A stretch of DNA of 64,000 bases from an uncultured Synergistaceae bacterium (GTDB taxonomy: Bacteria; Synergistota; Synergistia; Synergistales; 79-D21): assembly GCA_964521575.1 (NCBI GenBank), contig CAZFSR010000006.1, forward strand, positions 74,895-138,894, written 5' to 3'. Each line of letters opens with the position of its first letter. Within the stretch, counting starts at the first letter, position 1. A model generated the notes under the pieces. The model ran no database searches. It was given only the letters and a program-made list of their open reading frames with translations, and was not told the DNA's origin. This document shows positions 37,638-45,799 of the stretch, in pieces. Both the position numbers and the translations under genes were made by a program.

Positions 37638-38464
37638 ACCTCGGCAACCTAAATGCCGGATTCTCCCGCGAAGAAGACGCGAACAGGATGGGCGTCGCGG
37701 CAGAATCGAAAATACGTGAAGCGATCGTTTCCGGAAACTCCTGGAGGGAACTCGAAGCCGCGCTCAAGCGCGGAATCGTTCCCCAATCTGTCGTTTTTTT
37801 TGCGCCGACTCTCTTTCACGCTTCTTTTGTGGAACTTTACGCCCAATCCATATTCGCTCTTGATGACGCAAAAAAAACGGAGCCCGGAATGCGATGGAAC
37901 GGCGAATCACACCCTGACATTCTCCGGCTCGGCACACCGGAAACACCTCCCGGCATAGAGGACTGCCGCAGCTTGCTTGGAGACCTTTCATCACGCCCCG
38001 TCTGTTCTCCGTACAGGCTAGCGGTTGTCCATTGTGCAGACCGCCTTAGTCCTCCCGCCGCGAACAGCCTTCTCAAGATCACCGAGGAACCGCCTCCAAG
38101 GGGCAGGATACTTCTCCTTATGGAAGAGGAAAACCTTCTTCCTACGCTACGCAGCAGAAGCTGGATACTTCGGATGCCCCTTGAAGAGGCCGTAAATGCC
38201 GTTCCGCCTCCGGGAAGCGATGAGGAATGGCTTCGATGGCTTCGATGCGCGGGTTCGGAAAAAAACGATGCGGTCTTTTTGAATGCAATGGCCTGGGCAA
38301 GGTGGTATGCTCTTCACGGCGATTTTCGGAAGGCGGCCGATCTTGACTGCCTGGTGAACTTATCCCAGAAGACAAGGCTTTCGGGCGCCATGGTCGCCGA
38401 CTTGCTATTTTTGATGACGAGAGAGGACGTCTCCCTTGAAGACTTTTTTGATCCTTTACGGTAA
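37634..38464 (+). CDS. holB: DNA polymerase III delta' subunit-like clamp-loader protein (P-loop degenerate)
   Basis: ANSLLKITEEPPPRGRILLL box (the LKtLEEPP clamp-loader signature); conserved tmk-holB-ricT synteny; TTGA overlap with tmk. Confidence 0.7.
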   Translation: MNLGNLNAGFSREEDANRMGVAAESKIREAIVSGNSWRELEAALKRGIVPQSVVFFAPTLFHASFVELYAQSIFALDDAKKTEPGMRWNGESHPDILRLGTPETPPGIEDCRSLLGDLSSRPVCSPYRLAVVHCADRLSPPAANSLLKITEEPPPRGRILLLMEEENLLPTLRSRSWILRMPLEEAVNAVPPPGSDEEWLRWLRCAGSEKNDAVFLNAMAWARWYALHGDFRKAADLDCLVNLSQKTRLSGAMVADLLFLMTREDVSLEDFFDPLR

Positions 38465-39767
38465 GCCACGGTACCTCGGATTTCTCAAGACCGAGGAGGA
38501 CCTCGCCATCGGCAAGGCCGATACGATCGTGGTCGAGACCGCACGCGGCAGGGAACTCGGAATTGTAGCCGGCCCAATCGGCCTCGAGCAGGAAGAACGA
38601 TACCGGAAAGCTCCCTCCGGAGAACAGGCAGAAGGGGGCCAGAAAACAAGCATACCCACGGAGGATGTTCGTTTTGTCGGCTTTCCGTTACCCGAAGAAA
38701 CGGAAACCCTCCGTGAAAGCTCCGCGGAGGAAGCCGCGATTCTCCTTAAAGCAAGGGAAATCCTGAAGTCCCACAACCTTCCCATGAAACTTGTGGACGT
38801 GGAGTATCTTCTTGACCGGTCAAAGCTTTTCTTTTACTTCACGGCGGAACAGCGCATCGATTTCCGAGGCTTTGTGCGGGACCTCGCTAGAGAGTTTAAA
38901 ACGCGCATCGAACTCAGGCAGATCGGCGGACGTGACGAGGCCAAAGTTGCCGCGGGACTTTCCCAATGCGGCATGCCGTGTTGTTGCAGCACATGGCTCA
39001 ACCGGTTCGAACCCATATGCATCAAGATGGTCAAACAGCAAAACCTGGCCCTGAACCCCACAAAGATTTCGGGAATTTGCGGGCGTCTCATGTGTTGTAT
39101 GGGATACGAGCACACCACTTACCAGGAACTCTGGAAGGGACTCCCGAACCCCGGAACGAAACTTAAGTCACAGACAGGAGAAACCTACCTGATTTCGGGT
39201 GTCGATTTGATGGGAAAATCTCTTCGTGTCTTCTGTCCTGACCGAACTGAACTTCTTGTTCCCGTGGCGGAATTCCCGAAATTCAGGGATGCGATCCAAA
39301 AGGGAGAAGCTTGGGAACCTCAACGCGATGAAGTCGTCCCTCTCCCGTTTGACACGCTTCTCCAGGAGGCCGTCACGGACTCGGAAACGATCCTCGAAGA
39401 CGGGACTTGCTTACCTGAGAAAACTGCACGACCCAAGCTTGGGCATTCACACTCCAGGGATAGAGTCGCTCGGCGAAGCGGAGAAAGAGGACCTCGCGAG
39501 AGGGCGGAATCGCCCCGTCCCAACGTCGCGGCCCGACCGATGCCCGATAGAGCCGCAGCCGTCACGGAGCAGGAATCGGTCAAAAGAAGGCGCCCGCGGC
39601 GAAAAAAGAGGAAAAACCCGACTCCCGTCTCGGTGACCGAGTCGGCGAAGCCGAGCCTTGAGAACAAGCCTCAAACCGCCGAAACTCCAGTTCCAGGTCC
39701 TGAGAAACCCCGCAGGAAACGAAACACAAGGCGGCGTAAACCACATAGACCCGCAACTGAAGAATAA
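38436..39767 (+). CDS. ricT: PSP1-domain protein (RicT/YaaT family) with a basic, Pro-rich C-terminal tail
   Basis: PSP1 core LVDVEYLLDRSKLFFYFTAEQRIDFRGFVRDLAREFKTRIELRQIGGRDEAK...CGMPCCCSTWL...GICGRLMCC. TTG start overlaps the holB end. Confidence 0.85.
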   Translation: MKTFLILYGKPRYLGFLKTEEDLAIGKADTIVVETARGRELGIVAGPIGLEQEERYRKAPSGEQAEGGQKTSIPTEDVRFVGFPLPEETETLRESSAEEAAILLKAREILKSHNLPMKLVDVEYLLDRSKLFFYFTAEQRIDFRGFVRDLAREFKTRIELRQIGGRDEAKVAAGLSQCGMPCCCSTWLNRFEPICIKMVKQQNLALNPTKISGICGRLMCCMGYEHTTYQELWKGLPNPGTKLKSQTGETYLISGVDLMGKSLRVFCPDRTELLVPVAEFPKFRDAIQKGEAWEPQRDEVVPLPFDTLLQEAVTDSETILEDGTCLPEKTARPKLGHSHSRDRVARRSGERGPRERAESPRPNVAARPMPDRAAAVTEQESVKRRRPRRKKRKNPTPVSVTESAKPSLENKPQTAETPVPGPEKPRRKRNTRRRKPHRPATEE

Positions 39768-39804
39768 TTTAGCCTTATAAAAGGATAGTCGGAGGTGAAC
39801 CTTA

Positions 39805-40752
39805 CTGGAACTTTTCGACCGCTTCAGGAAAGGGCTGAAAGAAGTACGGACACGCTGGGGGAGCTCTCTAACCCATCTCCTTGCGGATACAGCCGAAGAT
39901 GCCGACTTCTGGGAGAGAATAGAAGAAGCGTTGATTTCGGGGGATGTCGGGGTTGAGCTTTCCGAAAAGCTTGTCGCTGACTTCCGCAGGCTGAGGGAAA
40001 AGCCCGGCCCGAAGGATTTACCTGCAAACGAGCTTTTCGGGAAGCAGCTGGAAAGACTCTTTTTGAAGGATCCAATGAACGGCATGCCTCTTCGCCTTGA
40101 GGGAAAGCCCTCCATCGTCCTCCTTGCGGGAGTCAACGGCAGCGGAAAAACGACCACTGCGGGCAAGCTGGCTTCCCAATTCGCTAAGATGGGGAAAAGT
40201 GTTGTTTTGGCTGCCGCCGACACTTATCGAGCCGCGGCAATCGAGCAGCTGAAGATTTGGAGTGACCGCTCCGGGGCACGGCTTATCAGCCACGGCCCTG
40301 GTAGCGATCCTGCAGCGGTCGTCTTCGATGCGATACAATCCGCAAAAGCGAGCGGCGCCGACCTCGTTGTCGCGGATACCGCAGGTCGACTCCACACCCG
40401 TCACAACCTCATGGAAGAGCTCAAGAAGATTGCTAGGGTCGTCGAACGGGAAACACCTGCCGGAAGTTCCGAGTTCTTGCTTGTCCTTGACGCGGTCATG
40501 GGGCAGAATGCCTTTCAGCAGGCAAGGGTGTTCGGAGAAGCGCTTCCCCTGTCGGGAATTGTCCTTACCAAGTATGACAATACTGCAAAGGGGGGCGTGA
40601 TCCTTTCCGTCGTTCATGAACTTGGCTTGCCGGTCCGCTATGTCGGCCTGGGAGAGGGGTTGGAAGATCTTGCTCTCTTCAGGCCCACAGAATTTGTCGA
40701 AGCCCTTCTGGGATTGCCGGAAGGCGCCTTGTCGAAAGGAGACCTTCCTTAA
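39805..40752 (+). CDS. ftsY: Signal recognition particle receptor FtsY (apparent CTG start)
   Basis: NG domain: LLAGVNGSGKTTTAGKLA, DTAGRLH, TKYDNTAKGG. The conserved N-helix LFDRFRKGLKEVRTRW lies upstream of the first ATG/GTG/TTG (39931). The frame opens after TGA 39796-98. CTG 39805 lies 7 nt after GGAGGTG. Confidence 0.75.
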   Translation: MELFDRFRKGLKEVRTRWGSSLTHLLADTAEDADFWERIEEALISGDVGVELSEKLVADFRRLREKPGPKDLPANELFGKQLERLFLKDPMNGMPLRLEGKPSIVLLAGVNGSGKTTTAGKLASQFAKMGKSVVLAAADTYRAAAIEQLKIWSDRSGARLISHGPGSDPAAVVFDAIQSAKASGADLVVADTAGRLHTRHNLMEELKKIARVVERETPAGSSEFLLVLDAVMGQNAFQQARVFGEALPLSGIVLTKYDNTAKGGVILSVVHELGLPVRYVGLGEGLEDLALFRPTEFVEALLGLPEGALSKGDLP

Positions 40753-42074
40753 TGATCGAGCGTTACGAAACGGAGGAAATGAAACGGATATGGTCGGAAG
40801 AAAACCGTTTCCGGAAATGGCTGGATGTCGAGCTTGCGGTTTGTGAAGCCTGGACAGAGGAAGGCCGCATTCCGGAGGAAGCGATGAAGGTCATCCGCAA
40901 CAAAGCCGAGTTCGACCTCGGAAGGATTGCCGAAATCGAAGCCAAGACCCATCATGACGTTATCGCTTTCGTCAGTGCCGTAGCTGAAAAAATCGGTCCG
41001 GAAGGACGATATGTCCATCTCGGGCTGACAAGCAGCGATATCGTCGATACGGCAGGATCTCTTTTGATCCTGGAAGCCCTTGATGTCCTGGCAGGCTCCC
41101 TCCGCGAATTTTCCTGCCTCGTGCTGGAAAAGGCCCGACAATATCGCCACGCCCTCTGTGTGGGCCGGACTCACGGCATCCACGGAGAACCGACAACCTT
41201 CGGGCTGAAGCTATTGAACTGGTATTCCGAGTTGCAGAGAGACATGGAACGTCTCGATTTGGCACGCCGGCACATCTGCGTCGGGAAAATTTCAGGTGCT
41301 GTCGGCACCTATGCCCATTGTCCGCCTCACATTGAACAAAAGGTCTGCTCAAGATTGGGGCTTAAGCGGGCGGAAGTCTCGAACCAGATTCTTCAGAGGG
41401 ATCGCCATGCCGAAGTCTTGAGCGCGGTGGCCATACACGGGGCGACCCTGGAGAGGATCGCCACGGAAATCCGTCACCTCCAAAGGACCGAAGTGCTGGA
41501 AGCGGCGGAACCTTTTTCGAAAGGCCAGAAAGGATCATCGGCCATGCCCCACAAGAGGAACCCGATCCTTTCCGAAAGGGTCTGTGGAATGGCGCGCCTT
41601 CTTAGGGGCTATTCCGTTGCCGCGATGGAAAACATCGCCCTATGGCACGAAAGGGACATCAGCCACTCCTCCGTCGAGAGAATCGCTTGGCCAGACGCCT
41701 TCCATCTTGCGCATTATTGCCTCAGGACGATGTCCCGCATCATTGGGAACCTTCACGTCGATACGGGAAATATGGTTAAAAACCTTGAGCTGACCAAAGG
41801 ACTTCTTTTCAGCCAAAGAGTCTTGCTTCACCTCATAGACGAAACAGGTGCGAGCCGCGAGGAAGCGTATTCGATCGTGCAGGAAAACGCCATGCGATGC
41901 TGGGCGGGCGAAGGACATCTCAAGGATCTTCTCGCTTCAGATGAAAGAGTCAGTCGCTTCATCGACGCAGCTTCCCTGGGGAAGTTGTTTGATTACACCT
42001 ATTACACCCGTTTTGTCGACGAGATTTTCTCCCGTTTCGAAGTAAGCGGGGAACTGCCCCAACAATACGATTGA
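40752..42074 (+). CDS. purB: Adenylosuccinate lyase
   Basis: [10 protein letters not shown]; fumarate-lyase signature [11 protein letters not shown]. Confidence 0.95.
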   Translation: MIERYETEEMKRIWSEENRFRKWLDVELAVCEAWTEEGRIPEEAMKVIRNKAEFDLGRIAEIEAKTHHDVIAFVSAVAEKIGPEGRYVHLGLTSSDIVDTAGSLLILEALDVLAGSLREFSCLVLEKARQYRHALCVGRTHGIHGEPTTFGLKLLNWYSELQRDMERLDLARRHICVGKISGAVGTYAHCPPHIEQKVCSRLGLKRAEVSNQILQRDRHAEVLSAVAIHGATLERIATEIRHLQRTEVLEAAEPFSKGQKGSSAMPHKRNPILSERVCGMARLLRGYSVAAMENIALWHERDISHSSVERIAWPDAFHLAHYCLRTMSRIIGNLHVDTGNMVKNLELTKGLLFSQRVLLHLIDETGASREEAYSIVQENAMRCWAGEGHLKDLLASDERVSRFIDAASLGKLFDYTYYTRFVDEIFSRFEVSGELPQQYD

Positions 42075-42087
42075 GGAGGTGCTCTCG

Positions 42088-43068
42088 ATGTCGCTTCCGG
42101 AAAGGAACTTGGCCCTGGAACTTGTTCGGGCCACCGAGTCGGCGGCAATGGCCGCCGGGAGATGGATGGGCAGGGGAGACAAGAACGGCGCAGATGGGGC
42201 TGCGGTCAACGCAATGCGTTACATGCTGAACACGATCCGGATGGACGGAACGGTCGTCATCGGTGAGGGGGAGAAGGACGAGGCGCCGATGCTTTTCAAC
42301 GGTGAGCATCTAGGAACCGGAGAGGAACCCAAGGTCGACATCGCCGTCGACCCGATAGACGGAACCAGGCTTCTTTCCCTAGGACGGCAGAATTCCATCA
42401 GTGTTGTCGCCCTCGCCGAGAAAGGCAGCATGTATTTCCCCGAACACATTTTTTACATGAACAAGATCGCAACAGGTCCCGAGGCTGCGCATGTCATCGA
42501 TATCCGGTTGCCGATCTCCGAAAACATCCGAAGAGTCGCGAAAGCGAAGAGCAAGGCGGTCGAAGATGTGACCGTCGTGGTCCTCGACCGCCCACGGCAC
42601 GAGGATCTCATCGCGGAAATCCGGAGGGTCGGGGCCCGCATCAGGCTGATTTCCGACGGAGATATCGCCGGTGCGCTCATGACCTGCAAACCGGATGCCG
42701 GTATCGATCTCCTCACAGGTATCGGCGGCTCCCCTGAGGCCGTCATTACAGCCTGCGCCCTCAAGTGCGTCGGCGGTTCGATCTTTTGCACCCTTTGGCC
42801 AAGAAACGAGGAAGAAGCGCAAAAGTGCAAAGCGCTCGGAATGGACCTCGACAGGGTGCTCGGGATGGACGATCTTGTCAGGAGTGACAACGTCTTCTTC
42901 GCTGCGACCGGCATCACGAATGGGGAACTGCTACAGGGCGTCCGTTACGAAGGGGACCACATCCGAACGCAGTCAATCGTCATGCGTTCCGCAAGCGGTA
43001 CGATCCGTTACATCGAGGCGATACACAAACTCGCAAAGCTCGAAAAAATCAGTGGCATCGAATATTAG
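42088..43068 (+). CDS. glpX: Fructose-1,6-bisphosphatase class II
   Basis: [29 protein letters not shown]; [13 protein letters not shown] 42088 lies 8 nt after GAGGAGG. Confidence 0.92.
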   Translation: MSLPERNLALELVRATESAAMAAGRWMGRGDKNGADGAAVNAMRYMLNTIRMDGTVVIGEGEKDEAPMLFNGEHLGTGEEPKVDIAVDPIDGTRLLSLGRQNSISVVALAEKGSMYFPEHIFYMNKIATGPEAAHVIDIRLPISENIRRVAKAKSKAVEDVTVVVLDRPRHEDLIAEIRRVGARIRLISDGDIAGALMTCKPDAGIDLLTGIGGSPEAVITACALKCVGGSIFCTLWPRNEEEAQKCKALGMDLDRVLGMDDLVRSDNVFFAATGITNGELLQGVRYEGDHIRTQSIVMRSASGTIRYIEAIHKLAKLEKISGIEY

Positions 43069-43089
43069 CCCGTATGGCAACATAAGTCT

Positions 43090-43118
43090 GGAAAGCTGGT
43101 TGACGCGTCATTTTCACG
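43090..43118 (+). promoter_or_regulatory. Putative sigma-70-type promoter of csp
   Basis: TTGACG (43090-43095), 17 nt, TATATT (43113-43118). Gives a 5' UTR of about 65 nt containing a CCTGC/GCAGG hairpin. Confidence 0.6.
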
Positions 43119-43189
43119 ATGTTATATTCAGCTTGGAATTTTAACCTGCCTTCAGCAGGAAAATGAAAAAACCGGAGGGAAGCGAACCA

Positions 43190-43387
43190 ATGAAGGGAAC
43201 AGTAAAATGGTTCAATGCAACAAAGGGGTACGGGTTCATTACAACGGAAGAGGGAAAAGACGTGTTTGCCCATTACAGCGCCATCGAGATGGAAGGATTC
43301 AAGACCCTAGACGAAGGCCAAGCGGTGGAATTCGAGGTTGTTGAAGGCACAAAGGGTCCGCAGGCAGCACACATCCGCCCGCTCTAA
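43190..43387 (+). CDS. cspA: Cold-shock protein (CspA family)
   Basis: [17 protein letters not shown] (RNP1), DVFAHYS (RNP2); 65 aa. ATG 43190 follows GGAGGG. The ORF-track start 43163 was rejected. Confidence 0.93.
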   Translation: MKGTVKWFNATKGYGFITTEEGKDVFAHYSAIEMEGFKTLDEGQAVEFEVVEGTKGPQAAHIRPL

Positions 43388-43398
43388 CTCCGACATTC

Positions 43399-43438
43399 AA
43401 GAATCGGCGGCCCTTTAAGCAGGCCGCCGATTCTTTTT
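43399..43438 (+). terminator. Intrinsic terminator after csp
   Basis: 14-bp stem AAGAATCGGCGGCC / GGCCGCCGATTCTT followed by TTTT. Confidence 0.85.
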
Positions 43439-43445
43439 GTCATGG

Positions 43446-45710
43446 CTATTTCCACTTTTTGTGTCCCACGAATGCCTGCCCGACCGAGACGCATTCGTCA
43501 TTCGGCGACAGGAGAGCGTGAAGAACCGGAACAAGCCCTCGACGTTTGATCTCGGCGATCACAAGGGAGAATAGACGTCTGTTTTGCCACACTCCCCCTG
43601 AGAGAGCGACCCTGCGCGAGCCGGTTTTTGCGGCAGCGAGGGTAGCAGCTTCACCTAGTGCCCTAGCAAGCCCGCCGTGAAAGGAAGCGGAAATCACACC
43701 TGCCGATTGCCCAGGCTTCCTTTCGATAATGTCCCTGATCGCCGGCCTCCAGTCGAGCACGATTTTCCCTTCCGATTCGAAAACCGAAAAAGGCAGGCAC
43801 CCGGAACCTTTTGCAGCGGCCTCGAGATGCATGGGCGCCTGGCCGTCGAATGAGACCTCATCGCCAAACCCAAGCAAGGCAGAAACCCCGTCGAAAAGCC
43901 TGCCGCACGAGGTCGTACGGACTCCCGCCTTAATCGAAACTCTTAAGGCTTCCGGATTCACTCCGGTCAGCTTGTCTCGCCTTTGAGCCAGTCGGTAGGC
44001 TTCCTCCGGAATACCGCTTTCGAAAAGCAGGGAGATGGCCGTACGCCATGGTTCACGGATGGCTCGCTCTCCTCCCGGAAGCGCAAAAGGATGCAAATGG
44101 CCTATCCTCTCGAATCCGTTCCCGTCACCCCAGAGGATCTCTCCTCCCCAAATCGTCCCGTCCGGGCCGTATCCTGTGCCGTCCAGGATCAGCCCAATCG
44201 CGGCATCTTCGATCCCATTCTCGAATAGGCATGCCGCAAGATGAGCGTGGTGGTGCTGCACGGCAAGGGTTCCGCGCGGGTCGGGCAAAAAATCCCGGCA
44301 GATTCGAGTGGAAAGATAGAGCGGGTGCATATCGTGAACGAGAAACTGGGGAGTCACCGCATAAAGGGAGAGAAAATGTTCGAGTGCTTCCCGATAATAT
44401 TCTGAAGCCGGCATTTCCTTAAGGTCTCCGAGATACTGGCTCGGGAAGAGTGAACCTTCGTGAGTCACGGAAAAGGTCGACTTCATTTCCCCCCCTGCAG
44501 CGAGGATGGAAGGTCCTTTTTCAGGAAGGAAAAGGGGTTGTGGAACCACGCCACGGGCTCTTCGGACAAAAAAAGAACGATTCCCTGCCACAGACACGAC
44601 GGAATCGTCTACCCTCATGCAGATTTCCCGGTCATGCATAAGGAAGCCGTCGACGATCTTCCCCATCTTCCTGATAACTTCGCCGTTATCGGCAATGATC
44701 GGTTCTTCGCTCCGGTTGGCGCTTGTCATGACAAGGACTTCAAGGTTTTCCAGCAGGAGGTGGTGCAATGGAGTATACGGCAGCATGACGCCGATCGAAT
44801 CCATGCCAGGATTCAGCAAGGGTGAAAGTCCCGAACCCTGGCGCGCGGGGCACAAAACGATAGGGCGGCGTGACGAAGTCAGGCAATCCCTTCCCTTTTC
44901 AGTCAAGATTACATGCTTTTCCGCAACGGCAAGATCCCGCGCCATGATCGCGAAAGGTCGCAAGGGTCGCCGTTTTCTCGTTCGCAAGGTTTCAATGGGG
45001 ACGTCAAGCCGGGCATCACAGGCAAGATGGAATCCCCCTAGCCCCTTGACCGCAAGAATTCCGCCTTTTTGAAGAAGTTGAACGGCAATTCCTATCGCGG
45101 TTTCTCCTTCTCCTAGTCTCCTGCCTTCCCTGTCGCATACCCAGAGATGAGGCCCGCAAGCCGGACAGGCATTCGGCTGAGCGTGGTAACGGCGGTCCGC
45201 TGGGTTACGGTATTCGTCGGAACATTCCTTGCACATCTCGAACCGTGACATGGTCGTCATCGGCCTATCATACGGAAGGTCGCGGATGATCGAGAACCGC
45301 GGACCGCAAAGGGTGCAGTTCGTAAAGGGGTATCGGTATCGGCGGTTTTCCGGATCCCGCATGTCCTCAAGGCACGAATCGCAGGTCGCGATATCCGGTG
45401 GGATCAGGACCCTCCGGACAGATTTCGCTTCGCTTTTCTGAATTTCAAATGTTGCTGGGCCTGCCTTGACCCCTTCGGCCCGTTCAAGGCTTGTGATCGC
45501 ATGGATGTAAGCTGCCGTCGGGCACTCTCTCTGGAGGCGTCTCAGGAATGAGGAAAGTTGCTGCGGTTCCCCCCAGAGCTCAAGCTCGACACCTGAAGTC
45601 GTGTTCTTGACGAAGCCCGTCAGTCCTTCTTCGCGAGCGAGCCGGGAGCAGAAAGGCCTGAATCCAACACCCTGGACAACTCCACTGACTAAATATTTCG
45701 CTTTATCCAT
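43446..45710 (-). CDS. hypF: [NiFe]-hydrogenase maturation carbamoyltransferase HypF
   Basis: Acylphosphatase domain (VSGVVQGVGFRPF); two zinc fingers (CDSCLEDM...CTLCGPRF; CKECSDEY...CPACGP); YrdC-like and Kae1-like domains. ATG 45710 lies 9 nt after GGAGGG; TTG 45719 is an alternative start. Confidence 0.92.
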   Translation of the reverse strand: MDKAKYLVSGVVQGVGFRPFCSRLAREEGLTGFVKNTTSGVELELWGEPQQLSSFLRRLQRECPTAAYIHAITSLERAEGVKAGPATFEIQKSEAKSVRRVLIPPDIATCDSCLEDMRDPENRRYRYPFTNCTLCGPRFSIIRDLPYDRPMTTMSRFEMCKECSDEYRNPADRRYHAQPNACPACGPHLWVCDREGRRLGEGETAIGIAVQLLQKGGILAVKGLGGFHLACDARLDVPIETLRTRKRRPLRPFAIMARDLAVAEKHVILTEKGRDCLTSSRRPIVLCPARQGSGLSPLLNPGMDSIGVMLPYTPLHHLLLENLEVLVMTSANRSEEPIIADNGEVIRKMGKIVDGFLMHDREICMRVDDSVVSVAGNRSFFVRRARGVVPQPLFLPEKGPSILAAGGEMKSTFSVTHEGSLFPSQYLGDLKEMPASEYYREALEHFLSLYAVTPQFLVHDMHPLYLSTRICRDFLPDPRGTLAVQHHHAHLAACLFENGIEDAAIGLILDGTGYGPDGTIWGGEILWGDGNGFERIGHLHPFALPGGERAIREPWRTAISLLFESGIPEEAYRLAQRRDKLTGVNPEALRVSIKAGVRTTSCGRLFDGVSALLGFGDEVSFDGQAPMHLEAAAKGSGCLPFSVFESEGKIVLDWRPAIRDIIERKPGQSAGVISASFHGGLARALGEAATLAAAKTGSRRVALSGGVWQNRRLFSLVIAEIKRRGLVPVLHALLSPNDECVSVGQAFVGHKKWK

Positions 45711-45799
45711 GATTGACAACCCTCCACACTGGGCGCATTTTAAGTTAAGCGCAGCCTTGCCGCAAGCTTCACGCCAGATCCGGGGAGGGAGAACTGACC

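Noticed and set aside
39447-40223. A 258-aa Ser/Arg-rich minus-strand ORF bridging the ricT tail and the ftsY N-terminus
   Set aside because: It lies antisense to two well-supported genes. Its composition simply mirrors the Arg/Lys/Pro-rich sense strand, and it has no motifs.
45711-45799. A promoter for the P-type ATPase based on TTGACA at 45713-45718
   Set aside because: No acceptable -10 hexamer lies at 16-19 nt spacing (CATTTT/ATTTTA), and the -35 overlaps the hypF start region. The evidence is too weak to report as a feature.
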